64,000 nucleotides of DNA, taken from NCBI GenBank assembly GCA_011109175.1, contig RDEW01000041.1, forward strand, positions 124,001-188,000, given 5' to 3'. Both the position numbers and the translations under genes were made by a program. This document shows positions 14,281 to 26,083 of the stretch, piece by piece; the stretch's first letter is position 1; every line of letters begins with the position of its first letter. Under the pieces are notes generated by a model that searched no databases, had not been told where the DNA came from, and saw only the letters and a list, made by a program, of their open reading frames with translations. The stretch comes from Dicyema japonicum (lineage: Eukaryota; Animalia; Dicyemida).

Positions 14281-14846
14281 CCTGACACTCGTTGCACTGC
14301 GCTACTCGGAGCCATATGTGATTAAGAATTCGTGCAATTTATTCGCATCACTAACTCAACGAAAAAAGCTCCTGTAACTTGAAATCGACGTAATATCGCA
14401 TAAATCCTCTAAAATTTATGAATACTTCAAAAATGAGGCTTTTTTCGTAATTTTTTATGAATAATTTATTACGTAAACAATCAAGTAATTCAGCTGAGGT
14501 AATTAAGTGAATATTTTCCCTTACAACTGCCAGATAAATCCTTTGGAATAGCTACTCGGCTTCCTCAAAAGACCATCTTGGTCCCGAAGACTCCACCCTT
14601 ATCGACGACTACGGACTGTACATAAAATCTTGTTGAGAGGCTGTCATATTTTGAAATTCTTGAATCGAACCCACATCTAATCGCAACTAGGGGACAGCTA
14701 CCTTTTAAATCAATTTAAGATACAGTTCACCAAAGAGTTGTAAATGTAAGAGACCGTTACTACATTCTCACAAACCCCATAATCAACCCCCAAAACCATT
14801 ACACAAAAATACAAAAAATCATAAAACTATTCAAATCAACTACAAA

Positions 14847-15698
14847 TCATTTGCGTAATCCAATAGACAAATAACAGGGATCACTACACTTGTCACAGTT
14901 CAACATGGACATCTCCACACTATCCACTTTATTGAACAGCCAACTCATTCCATTCGATGAGTACCTAGTAAACCCCAACTCCCTCCTCATCAACGTCGCC
15001 CGATACCTCCACTAAGTCAATCCACAACCTGGAATACTCCCGACAGTTCAGAACAGTACATTTACCAACAATACAGCCTACATCGACGTCCTCATCGTTG
15101 ATTGTCCCTGCCACTCTGTCCATCTGAAGTCGTTCATACAGAAACACAGTGGCCATTAACTGACCCTCTTGATTTGTCCAGAATCCGATAATTCTGGCAA
15201 TTCTGTCTTCGCTGAGAAGTACTGCATCGTTGGTGGTCAAATCAAGTCCATCTGATGACTTTAAACGGGTGAACCAGGCTTCCTGGTTAACTGAACGTCC
15301 AGACTACTTTAAGGCACAAAACAAACAGGAAGAACTGACTCAAAGTTGATTGAGTCCCCCACAGGTTTCCAATGTCTCTGAACACATTGATTTGTGTTAG
15401 CTCTGGAACAAACAATTCCTGGCAGTCTGTTTGAGTTTTGACAGCCTTTTTCTTCACTGTTACTTTACTGGGAGAAGAATTGGCCACAGAGTTCTTTATC
15501 TTCGAGTCAACCCCGTTGGAAACAGTCTTCAATGGCTGTATAATTAAATATGAGGTACTTTTTCGTTTATTTCGCTCACTTGGAAAACATTCCCTAAAAA
15601 TAGTTAAAATGTTGACCGTCCATTACGAGGTTGTCGAAAATGGCATCAGAATAAACCCCATTCACTCTTATTCTGTCCTTATTTGTGGGGGATGAGAC
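14847..15698 (-). CDS. BAH-domain chromatin protein, BAHD1-like (3' exons; 5' end not resolved, may extend through 16100-17370)
   Basis: IARIIGFWTNQEGQLMATVFLYER..DVGCIVGKCTVLNCREYSR[22-nt intron 15028-15007]YRATLMRR matches the BAHD1-type BAH C-terminus; further micro-introns upstream; TGA at 14849-14847. Confidence 0.7.
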
Positions 15699-15839
15699 TA
15701 TTTTTAATTTTTTAATTTTTATATTATGATTTGAATCAGCCATATAACTTGACTTAAAGTAATATTTAAATTTTATTGTGATAATTTTAAATTAATATTT
15801 TAATTTAACTAATATTAATTAATTTCTTAAATCAACGAT

Positions 15840-16069
15840 AGAAGCCGCTGGATTTCTGGAGAGTTCTAGCCACCATTGCCACTTGAAGCCTTGATACGAA
15901 TGAACCATGAGACGCGCCGTCGTGACTGCGAAGACCAAGTCACTCGACCGATAAGTGTTTGTGTGGGGTCAAGAGAGGAGCATCGGGCCAAGATGAGTTC
16001 CCTACTAGAGCGTGCTGGGATCACGTGATTAGTTAGTTTGTGTAACCGTGGTCTCTGGTGTTATTATTA
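15840..16069 (+). mobile_element. LINE 3' end fragment
   Basis: Ends CTGGGATCACGTGATTAGTTAGTTTG..TTATTATTAA, a 3' motif shared with LINE ends at ~21660-21724 and ~26675-26738. Confidence 0.55.
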
Positions 16070-16659
16070 ACGCCTAAATTCCAACTGAAAACTCTTCTCT
16101 TCAAATTCTGTTGAAATAGGAGCATCGTGGTTATGGAAAAGCAGTGGGAACTATGGAGGAGCTGTGCTGGAACTTCGTGCACCAGCTGAGAATTTCCGAT
16201 ATTTTTCGATCAGTTGGTTTAACTCATTTCTTGGGGTACCTTTTTTTCGGAGTTAAATAATGATGATAAAGGGATTCCAGAAGAATTTTCGTGACATTTG
16301 GGTTTGACCTGAGTTTGACGCCTCCACCTGACCAGCTTGGCGATATTATCAATGAATCTGATATTACCAATGACCCTAAGGTAGTTGTGGGAACCTCTAA
16401 GACTCTCAGCTAGACGCTTGATGGCAGCCAGCCTTCTACATTCTAGTGAGCAGGGATAACTAACTAAATCAAATGAGTCGCCGAAGGAGAAGCAAAAGAA
16501 AGTTTGGAAATCAAGAGCTTCAAATGTCGTGGTACTCTCCGACATGGTGGCATTTGAAAAAAAGTCGCACTTTTCATATCCTCCAAGAAGGATAAACAAT
16601 ATGACACATCAATGATAATACACCTCGTATTTTAAGAAAGTTTCCATGTGTTTGAACAA

Positions 16660-17003
16660 GATTTTGATTAGAGGACTGCCTGGTATTGAGCCCACCCTCA
16701 ATGCGTTCTGTTGTTACTCAGCAAAAAGTATTTCAAAAGGGTTGAACTCAAAACTTGCTCCAACTGGGATCCGGAAAGGTTATTCCATAATTATGATGAA
16801 ATTTATCCCATACCTACCAACATACGATATTTTCTGTCCCTTTTGCAACCTCCACGTGTTGACAACGAACCACTTATTTGAATGTCATGAATTGGCACAA
16901 CGTTTTTTACAATACCGGAACTGACCAACATCTGCTACGTCCTACTTAATAGCTGCTGGCCTCCTACATGTTTGTGAGGCTGGGGTTAATTAACTAACTA
17001 ATG
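16660..17003 (+). mobile_element. LINE 3' end (CCHC-like motif + TAAC tail), same family as 53135-54540
   Basis: CPFCNLHVLTTNHLFECH followed by TAATAGCTGCTGGCCTCCTACA..TAACTAACT; a related tail occurs at ~2061-2106. Confidence 0.75.
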
Positions 17004-17379
17004 ATGTAAGGGTTCAACTCTCAGACTACTATTGAGATCGTCGAAAAAGACGTCCACTTCGTTACTACGGAGAACACTAAACGTCCTTGGAATACCTTAC
17101 GGAACGTCACCAAGACTTCCTCAAGATGGTGAGTCGCCTGACCATCCCCTGAGGAAAATCATCAAACTATTAATGGACGCCTGCACGAGATATGAGAAGA
17201 AACCTTCCCCACTGTGGAGACTAATTCATGACTCCAAAACTAACCGCAGAAGAAGAACTGGTATGGACACCGGATCACTAAATTAAATGATAACTTTTAT
17301 CCTCTTTTTCGTGATTTCAGGGTTAATAAATGAAATTCCAGAATTATAAAAATTTTCATGTCTCAGCATTATTTTTTAA

Positions 17380-17733
17380 CCTGTTAAGCGTCATATGTCA
17401 TTTCTAAAAAATTTGTAGTAAACATTGGCTACGACATATGTCGTATAGTCAAGTTGGCGGTATTATTACTAATTATATGTCCGTTTTTTGTGATTGGCGT
17501 TATTTTGCCCATAATGGGTGTCCGACCGAAAAGATAGAAGTTACCTGAGGAAGAGATAAGTGATATTTTTGACGAATCAAGTGACTTTAGTGATTTTGAA
17601 GATGAAAGCGATGAATCAGAAATCAGTGACGAATCATCCAGCGACTATGGGTTAAACAAAAATTTTAATAAATATAAAATTCCCAAAGAACGTCACAATT
17701 TGAGATAGGCAAAGCAAAGTGACGCTTAACAGG
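17380..17733 (+). mobile_element. Non-autonomous piggyBac derivative
   Basis: TTAA followed by TIR CCTGTTAAGCGTCA; perfect inverse TGACGCTTAACAGG followed by TAA; internal acidic N-terminal remnant EEEISDIFDESSDFSDFEDESDESE. Confidence 0.85.
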
Positions 17734-17833
17734 TAAGAAACACACACCAATTCTCACATGATCAGTTACAAGAATAAAATTTACCAAAACAAATATTCAA
17801 ATTCATCAGTTTTTAATATCATTAGTGATACAG

Positions 17834-18359
17834 CTAGCAGATATCTCCTTCTTCATTTATCACCCACGTGTGTCTGTTCTCTTTAAGCTTCCTGAAATAA
17901 TCCTCAACTAAACTCGAATATTTGCACGTGTTTGTCCCACTTTGTTAAAACCGGCTGTCCACAGGCGGCAGAAAATATAATCCGCCTCAGTTTTCTCATA
18001 CATTCTACTCTATTAAGGGACCGTCTCTCAGTGAGGTCTGAGCGCACCACAAGACAGTTGTCTTTGTTAATACGAGTAGGGTACTACATAACGAGAGAAA
18101 TCAACCATGCGGAGGATGTTGTCACGAATGGATTGGTGGACCCAGTCCATTTTGTTTATGTCCACTAGAATCTCCACGACTATGTAATTAGGGGCAAAAT
18201 ACATGTGGCCGACTGAGGGAGATCCCGCATGCTGTGTCCTTCTTTTATGGATATTTTGTCAATGGGGATCTCCCCAGTGAAGGTTGTGTCCACAGTTGTG
18301 GAACACATTCGAAGGGAAGTCAAAGAAAAGGTTGAACAAATGCGAAGAGGAGTCAACAT
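17834..18359 (-). CDS. MRPL58: Mitochondrial ICT1/mL62 (ArfB/YaeJ family) homologue lacking GGQ, 152 aa; introns 18202-18180, 18105-18084, 17913-17892
   Basis: Spliced ORF MLTPLRICSTFSLTSLRMCSTTVDTTFTGEIPIDKISIKEGHSMRDLPQSATFVEILVDINKMDWVHQSIRDNILRMYPTRINKDNCLVVRSDLTERRSLNRVECMRKLRRIIFSAACGQPVLTKWDKHVQIFEKLKENRHTWVINEEGDIC*. It has a transit-peptide-like N-terminus and ICT1 hallmarks F.G.IPIDK, W....R, RINK...LV.RSD.T and N...C..KLR..I..A. Not present in the ORF track. Confidence 0.82.
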
Positions 18360-18511
18360 GAGAGAGCAACAAAAATTAAATAATTATTTAAATTATTTCT
18401 TTATATTATTTATTTGAAATGTACATTTTATGACAGTAAGAACTTTTAAACAGTCATACTATCATGTGGCTATTAGATTTTTGAAATTAGCGCGCGTCAT
18501 GATTTTTATTA

Positions 18512-18727
18512 GTGGCGCCTTGTGGTGATATGTAGCTTGTATGTCAAAAATTGTTTTCCCTCCCTTTGATGGTGTCATGGATCTACCTTACTGAGGAGAC
18601 CCCCAATGCCTGGCCGGCATCAATAGGATCCACTATTCTTTCCCTGGGAACAATTTCTGGAACGCTGGAACTATTCAGGATCAAGGAGTTAGTTAGTTTG
18701 GTTGCCCTTGGTCTTTGGAATTATTAA
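18512..18727 (+). mobile_element. SINE-like family 2 copy (non-coding, structured, LINE-like AGTTAGTTAG 3' end)
   Basis: Aligns by eye with 57053-57290 (+) and 27776-27970 (-). Confidence 0.75.
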
Positions 18728-18759
18728 AAAAGAATCATCTGCACACCCCAATCCAAGAA

Positions 18760-21724
18760 GAATGTCTCTCTTGGACGGCTCTCTCATTATTACTCATCTG
18801 ACATGTTAAGAACGCTCTTAATCATCTCTGGAGATATCAAACTTAATTCGGGACCAGCGAAATCTCTATCCATCATTCAACTCAACATAAATGGATTGAG
18901 AGGAAAGATAATCGAGTCATGAATTTCTTAAAGAAATGCGACGATGTCAACGTGTGTCTCCTACGATTTCCCCCCGCTCCAACACTTCCGGGATACACTG
19001 TTATCAGAAAGGATCGCCAGTTTGGCCGTGTAGGAGGAGTCATTACTATTGTCAAAAGTGAGATCGGGCACACAATAATGTCTTCTCATTATGATCCTCC
19101 ATCTCCCGTGGAATACATTGGGATCTCCATTCGAACAAACATGGTAAATATAACAATTGTGAACATGTACACTCCCCCTGCTGCCCCTGCCAAAATGAAT
19201 TTACCTTCTCCTTGACTTTGTTACCCCAATACCAACATTTGCTGATATGTGACCTCAACGCGAAACGCCCGACCTGGTACAAAAGCCAAGCTGCTGATGT
19301 CAGAGGAAATCTCTTCCTTTCTCTACTGGATCACTTCATAATCCTTAACGACTATCGGGTGAACACAAGAACATCATATAAAGCTTATAACAACATGACT
19401 TCACCTGACCACTCCTAAAATTGCTTCTCTTGCCAATTGGTTGTGATTTATGACTTCCGGAGCGATCAGAATCAAATCCTACATTAAACGTTTTGATCAC
19501 TAAACGAACAAGATTGTGAATTTATTTTTTTATTTTAATAACCCCGGGAACACGGAGAAAAAAATACAAAAGAGTCAAACAGTTAGGTGATCCCAGTCCC
19601 CGCAATCAATTGTTCCATTCGACGTCTATGATCTTCCATAGTCCCCACTACTTTCCGGAAGAGTCTTCTCTCGGTCTTGCAAAGGAATCCGATCGGGGAG
19701 GAGAATTTCCTATCCAATCGGGTATTTTTTGCCATACAAATGATCAGACGAAGCAAGTTTTCATCTTTCTCACAGACGCAAAGAAATCCGGAACCACGAC
19801 TACGGGTCTTAGCTTCTATGAGTAGTGGGTCGACTGTTGATCCATTACGTGGGCAAAGCATACTGATGGTTTTCTGGTGTATTGAGTTGACACTGTGGAC
19901 CATAGACTCCGATAGCGTGAATCTCCATGCAACGGAGGCATACTTAACGGCTGGCGCGTTTATTTGTTGGTAGAGGGTAGAAACAGAAAAGTCCACATTT
20001 CTCGGGGTCTTCCGGACAAGGGCGCGTAAAACGTTAATTTTCTTGAGGCCCCTGGTAAAATTGTGAATGAACGTAATCGACTCAAAAGCATCCAAAGGCC
20101 ATCACCAGAAATTATATAACGAATTCGAGTCCTTGATAGCGAAATAAAGAAAATCTCTAAGAAAAGGGAAATGAACGAATGGAGATAAATCACCTCCGCG
20201 TTTAACAAACATGGGTCCTTGTCAATCATGTGGAAGACTCTTTCCCTGATCAAAAACCCTGAGAAGAGAAACAGTCCTGATTTCAGCAAAAAGAAACTCG
20301 ACATGATGAAGTTCTACGCTCAGAGCAGCTACTTACCTCAAAAAAGTACGAGGGTCCTCCCTTGTCATTGATAATACCAAGATGTCGTCATGATCATATA
20401 TCGTTTTCACCAGTGGAGGTCAAAAATGCCATTAAATTTTAAAAACTAACCTATTTAAGCGGACCAGATAAAATTCTCATGATTGTTATCGAAAAGCTTG
20501 GACCCAAGGCACTCATAGCATTAACACAGATGTACAACATATCCATAAATAGAAACAGAATTCCAACTATGGAAGTTGTTCCAAATCCACGTAGTTCAGA
20601 AACCTGGAAAACCAAAAGAGTTCCCTTCTTATCGACCAATTTCCCTATTATGCACATTGTAAATAATTCTTGAGAAAATGGTTTAGGACCACATCTTACC
20701 CATATTCACCTAAGAATCCTTCCAGCACAGATTTAAGAAATACCTCTCCACAAGTACGCACTTGCAAACCCTCACTAACTTTATTATGGAGGGAATTGGG
20801 TCAAAGCACAGACTCCTCAAAACTTTATTGTGCTCGGTTGACATCCGTAGGGCTTTTGACTCGGTTCCCAGAAAATCTTAACGATGAAGATCTACTGCTC
20901 AGAAATCCCCAGCAATTTCAAAAGACGGGAACTTTCTCATTGGTAGAGCTTTTTAACTTATTCTTGCATGGTATTCAAATTGACTCGGACAAAAATTCCA
21001 TAACCCTTGCGTATGATGACACAATATATGCTTGCATGGGTTTATGTGCTACGACAGCTACGAACAAATTGTAAACTACTCTGGAAAGACTCCTTGAATG
21101 GTTGAAGAGAAATTCAATTTCAACGTCCACAGAAAAGTCATTTACTCTTTTTTTACGTCGAATAAAAGCTATCAAGTTATTCGGCTAAACTATTTTTGAA
21201 TGGTGAACTAATCCCAAATCAGGAACAAGCCAAGATTCTGGGAGTAACATTTGATACTCTCATGACCTTCAGCATACATGTGTCAAACGTAATCAGTGCT
21301 TCGGCACGAAAGTTTAACTTTTTGAAGGTGCTCGTCTCAAAATTTAAAGAATTCTCAAAACAATCATTATCAACGTTATACACTCAATTCATCGAACCAA
21401 CTATGGATGTGCAGCTTGGAGAACAAAACTTGCCAAAACAAACATTGATAAGATCAACTCCGCCGAATCCAACATGAACAAAACAATCTCTCGAATCACA
21501 GGAGTACCAATAAGGGCAACCCCATTTGAAGTCCTTGTGTGGAATTCCGGCGACATATTCACCCAAAATGAAAAACCGTCAGAAGAACGGTGTTATCGAA
21601 AATGTGTCGGTTCTCAATAACGACACCGGGAAGATGAGAAAATTACTGAGAATAGCCGGGATCACCTGATGGTGTTTTCCTTTTAGTTAGTTTACCTGGT
21701 GATTTTTGACTTATTAATAATAAT
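18760..21724 (+). mobile_element. Near full-length decayed LINE ORF2 (APE + RT + 3' UTR), family A-related
   Basis: IIQLNINGL, PGYTVIRKDR..GGV, NMYTPP, CDLNAK, AYDD and KILGVTFD; TAA tail at ~21715-21724; contains a nested inverted LINE. Confidence 0.88.
19530..20100 (-). mobile_element. Nested LINE 3' fragment (family D)
   Basis: KKINVLRALV..Y.SVAWRF..GSGFLCVCE..RLDRKFSSPIGF; the same block recurs at ~34590, ~52580 and ~62700. Confidence 0.8.
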
Positions 21725-22929
21725 GTGACTATTACCTCTTACCAAATCGCCTCTGGGGGTCCATTCATTTCCTGAACAAATGTCATAAAGTCTAGGCTAG
21801 CCAGAAAAGGGAATTCTAAGTTACGGAGAGATGGACTTCTGGAAAGGACTTTTCTCAAATACCTCTGGAATCTATAATCTTTACAAATCAAGGTTATTGC
21901 AAGTTGAGCTATGAGCATCCGACTCCCAATAAATGCTTGTATGGGCTCTAGGGAGAAACATCGGGACGAGATGAGGTCTCTGCTGGAGCTTGTTGGAATC
22001 ATGTAAGTAGTTAATTTAGTTTTATCGTAGTCTTTTAGAATTTTCATTTAACTGTATTCGTTGACCTCTCTAAAGTCTCCTCCAGGTTCTGTCCAATAAG
22101 TTCGTCTTCTCAGTCGTCCCCTGTTTTTCAAAGATAGTATACTTTGGATAACTAAATCTCAAACTTTCTTAATAATGAAGCACTCTGATCACAAAAGCAC
22201 ATAAAAACGCTATGAATTTGTAATTTTAGACTATCCTTGTTTCACATTCGAGAATAACCGATAATATTTGTTCCCCAAGACAAATATTGTTCAATTTTCA
22301 TCCAATTTCGACCAGAAGATTAGAACTCAGATATTGGCGTTGCTTATTTTAAAATATCGATTGAGAAGGGGGACGATAAGTTATATTCATCTTGTGGATT
22401 TTAAGTGCATCAAACCTTATTCATCTTGCATGGAAAAGGTTGTTCTGTGGTGCATCATAGTAATTTTTCCTATTTTTTTAAATTAATAATTTTTAGAGCA
22501 AATAGATTTGTTTAAGTGCTAGAAACAACTTTCTTTACTTATCACTCTAAATCACCGTGAGACTAGCGTTGCAAGGGTAAAAAAGGGCGACCTTGACATC
22601 CCCCCTTTCGGAGGAAAGTGAAATTTTTAATTTTGTCTAAAAGCTGATTGGTGTTCCAAAAGACAAAAAACTATGGTTATAGGTGCTGTATATTACCCAC
22701 TAAACGCGTTTAGTTCTTTTAACAATTATAGTACTCCCTAAGCACTTATAGTACCCCTATACAATTATAGTAAACCCTAAACAATTATTACCACCATAAA
22801 AATAATAATTTTTGACCATAAAACAACAAACATTAACAGTTAGAACTTATCTCCCAAAATCTTCTTGAAAATGGGCAGTCATATTTAAATCCATAAATGA
22901 ATGAAAAAATCGAGATGGCACTTCACTAT

Positions 22930-23156
22930 CACACTCTCTTACTCTTCCTTCTAGCGAAATGTCCGTCTCCACCCGTTTGAGTACATCGGTGTTTGTTATT
23001 TTGGAAATCCAAGGGATTCTTAGTAAACTCATCCAGCACCAAAGTTCAAAAACATCGATTTTTCGTCTATCCGCCTTTTTCAGTATCCATGATTCTGCGC
23101 CGTATAGAAAAACCGGGAACACGTTTGCATTAACCAGTCTGCTTTTAGTCTGTTAG
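22930..23156 (-). mobile_element. RTE (BovB-like) LINE C-terminal fragment
   Basis: FPVFLYGAESWILKKADRRKIDVFELWCW..LLRIPW is the typical RTE C-terminal signature. Confidence 0.85.
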
Positions 23157-23496
23157 TAAAAAAAACGTGTTTGTTGTGGTGTTTATACAGTCTCTGAAAC
23201 TTATCCCGATATAGGAGCTGTTTATGGGGAAAGACTGGCAACCAACCCTGTATTTAAATGCCAAGAAAATCTTATGAGCAAACTCTTCTACGATCTAATT
23301 AAAAGCAACGTTACTGCAAAACATGAAATCCACGTAGCACCAATGACAAACTATCCATGTAGTACCACATGGCGTTACAAAACATGGCATTTTCCCATGG
23401 GAAGAGAGTTGTTCCGTCAGGTCTTATTAATATTTTAAAAGTCATTAAATAAATCGGAAAATCCTTAAGACAATTTTTAAATTTAAATTCCTTCAC

Positions 23497-26083
23497 ATGG
23501 CCATGTGGTGTCATAAAATTGTAGATTTTAAAATAATAAATTTAACAGTTTTTACTTCAAAAAATCACAAACAAAATAATATCTAAGAGGTCCAAATCAT
23601 ATCTAATAGAATACGGAACCAGCAATCTCAAAGTGGACGTCGGCCAAATCGGCAACCAGGCGACTAGCACTGTTCTCTTAAGGGTAATCCTTCTACCCAT
23701 TTAAGTGCAAACAAGCTAGTATTATCAGTTCACTAGTTACGAATCCACTTCCCCCATACGCTGGGCCCAACTTACAAGTTGATACTAAAACCAGATTGAC
23801 ATCCTCTGTAAGGTTCGCTCGATATGGAAGATCACAATCTCTGTTGGAAGCCAAGGTCCTCACCAGTCGAATCATCGACCGTTCAATTCGCAGTATTCTG
23901 AGTCCTGACTTGGATGCTCTGTTACACGTATATGATGTTTCTGATCTGTAGATTCACTCCAAGACCTTGTCTTCAGATCCCCACTTTGATTCAGATGTCC
24001 TTTCCATAAACGCTGGTTTCTGACCATATAAAATTACAGCCTCACTCAATTTGGTCTTCTCCTCGTTGAAGCAGGAAAGGACCATCGCTGCTGTGCGGGC
24101 TGCCATTTCTTCTGACAAGAAGGTCATCGTCTTCCCATCGAAGGATGAGTTATACGAAAGTCCGGCCAATATTGTCCTCGTGGTCGACTCTGCTGGGAAT
24201 ATCGGTATATTTTGCCCAATGTACTCCTTCAGTGATGATTGAGGGAGCCATGGACAGACTGGGGTCCGCAGCTGTCTTCGACGTGCTGTCCACTGCCTGG
24301 GAACAGTGTGCCTTGATGGCTGTTAAATTCGAATCTCTCCACAACCAACATTTCCAGGATGCACAGGTTGTTGTCCCCAAAGTGGAAGGGGAAGAGGTTG
24401 ATTTCAAAAGCCTACAAAAGTTGCCCATTTTCTCATATTTAGTTATATGAACGAGTCTTTCATGGAGTTTTTTAAGCGGCAAAGCTCTGACAAGGTAATA
24501 AATATCGGTATTTTCCAGAAATCGAGTGTGGTAGCTTTGGATCTAGTAAGAGTAAAGTTCTATGAGAAAGTCAAAGGTAACTCTCAGTTTCATTAAGATT
24601 ACAACCTTGTTCCTGATTCCAAGGCCAAAATTTTTGACCGTTTGCTGCATAATTCTTTTACCGATTATATGATGAATTCGGATACCAGGTATTCAAAAAT
24701 TACTCAAGGTTAAAGGACTGATGGTAGAAAGTTTGGGGATGTTAGGGAGATTAGCTGTGATCACAACTTATCACACGGAATTCACGGTTCTGCAATCTTT
24801 AAGCGAGGAGAGACTCAAGTAATGGCTATGGTCGAACTTCTCTCTCCATACTCAAATGAACGAGCATTCCCCTTCTCAGCCGTAACCCGTGCTGCAGTCG
24901 ATAAGCAGTTCGAACTCCTCTATGAGGTACCTCCATTTATTGAATCGAGTTTCCCAGTTACTCCATCAACGAGATCAAGAAGACTTCTGTAATGAAATCT
25001 CGGAGGGAGTTTGGGCATGGTTTGTTTTTGGTAACATTTCAGGCGCCTTGGCTGAGCGAGCTCTTCTCCCCACAGTTCCTTTCATCGGAGACCGCTTTCT
25101 AAGCGTTGCCTGCGAAGTCACAGACTCCCATGGGTCCTCTTCAATGGCTTCTGTTTGCGCGGGCTCTTTGGCTTTAGTTAACGCGGGTTTTTTGTCAAAT
25201 TAATGAATAGGTGTGGAAGTGATTGAAGTTGCTGCTGGTGTTGCCATGGGAATGATTATTAAGGGTAAACAATGGAAGGTTATCACTGACATTACGGTTG
25301 TCTGCTCGCTGACTTTAGGGATTTGAGGACAACTTTGGTAACATGGACTTTAAACTGGCGGGGACACAAAGTGGATTGACTGCTATTCAGGTTTTTACGT
25401 GTTTGACTGTCAGGTTGATATGAAAGGAAGGGGGATGACTCTGGAAATGCTGATGGATGTCTTAAATAGGGGACATACTGCCATTTCATTCATCATTAAC
25501 GAAATGAAAAAAAGTCAGATCGGTCCAAATGATAAGAATTTTCACCCTGTGAGTGGGGTGGTCGAAGTTACCTCTTCTCAAAGAGGTAGGCTGGTAGGAC
25601 CTGGGGGAAGAAAACTCAGGAGTTTGATGAACAGTAGTGGAGCACAGATTGAAGTGATTGACGATGGTTCCGTCTTTATTTTCGCACCTAACGAGAAATC
25701 GTACGAATTTGCCCGCCAATTATTGTGTGAGGTGATGTTGGAAAGTGTGGGGCCTCTGCTTAAGCGGTACGAAATATACGACGCGCAGATAGTGGAAGTC
25801 AAGTTGTAAAGGAATGTGAGTTTAGTGACGATGGGGTGTGGGTTCGGGTATTGACAGGAATGGAGCCGTTGTTCGTACATAGAAAGAATTTGACAATAGA
25901 GCAAGTAGTGGGGTTTATGATAGACAGGTGGAGAATGGGGGAGAGTTGGGACTAAAGGAGGGGGATTTCATTAAAGTAAAGTATTATGGTATTGACCCCC
26001 TAACTGGACAACACAAACTTAATAGGTTATCAACCATATTTAATTTTGCTTATGGGATTATTAATTCTGAACAGAAAAATTGA
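23497..26083 (+). CDS. PNPT1: Mitochondrial polyribonucleotide nucleotidyltransferase (PNPase), 16 introns of 21-28 nt
   Basis: Introns 23521-548, 23684-705, 23928-951, 24016-039, 24205-232, 24420-442, 24495-518, 24577-597, 24689-715, 24927-949, 25020-042, 25187-210, 25297-318, 25391-413, 25803-825 and 25905-927 give one open frame. It contains LTSRIIDRSIR, RTDGR, HGSAIFKRGETQV, YEFP, RREFGHGALAERAL, GSSSMASVCAGSLAL, EDNFGNMDFK, KH (GPGG) and S1 (KYYGIDP) motifs. Confidence 0.95.

Noticed and set aside
13300-14760. Intron-like GT..AG segments suggesting decayed minus-strand exons
   Set aside because: No recognisable protein, and in-frame stops in every reconstruction I tried.
22720-22800. 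Four degenerate ~20-bp tandem units (ACAATTATAGTA.CCCTA)
   Set aside because: Probably a subterminal repeat of a decayed DNA element; I found no matching second end, so no element is called.
21739-23450. Possible minus-strand micro-intron gene, with a weak MCM2 N-terminus-like segment (EDELIGQNLE..DFREV)
   Set aside because: I could not build a consistent frame; it needs stops or frameshifts, and no MCM core follows. Left uncalled.
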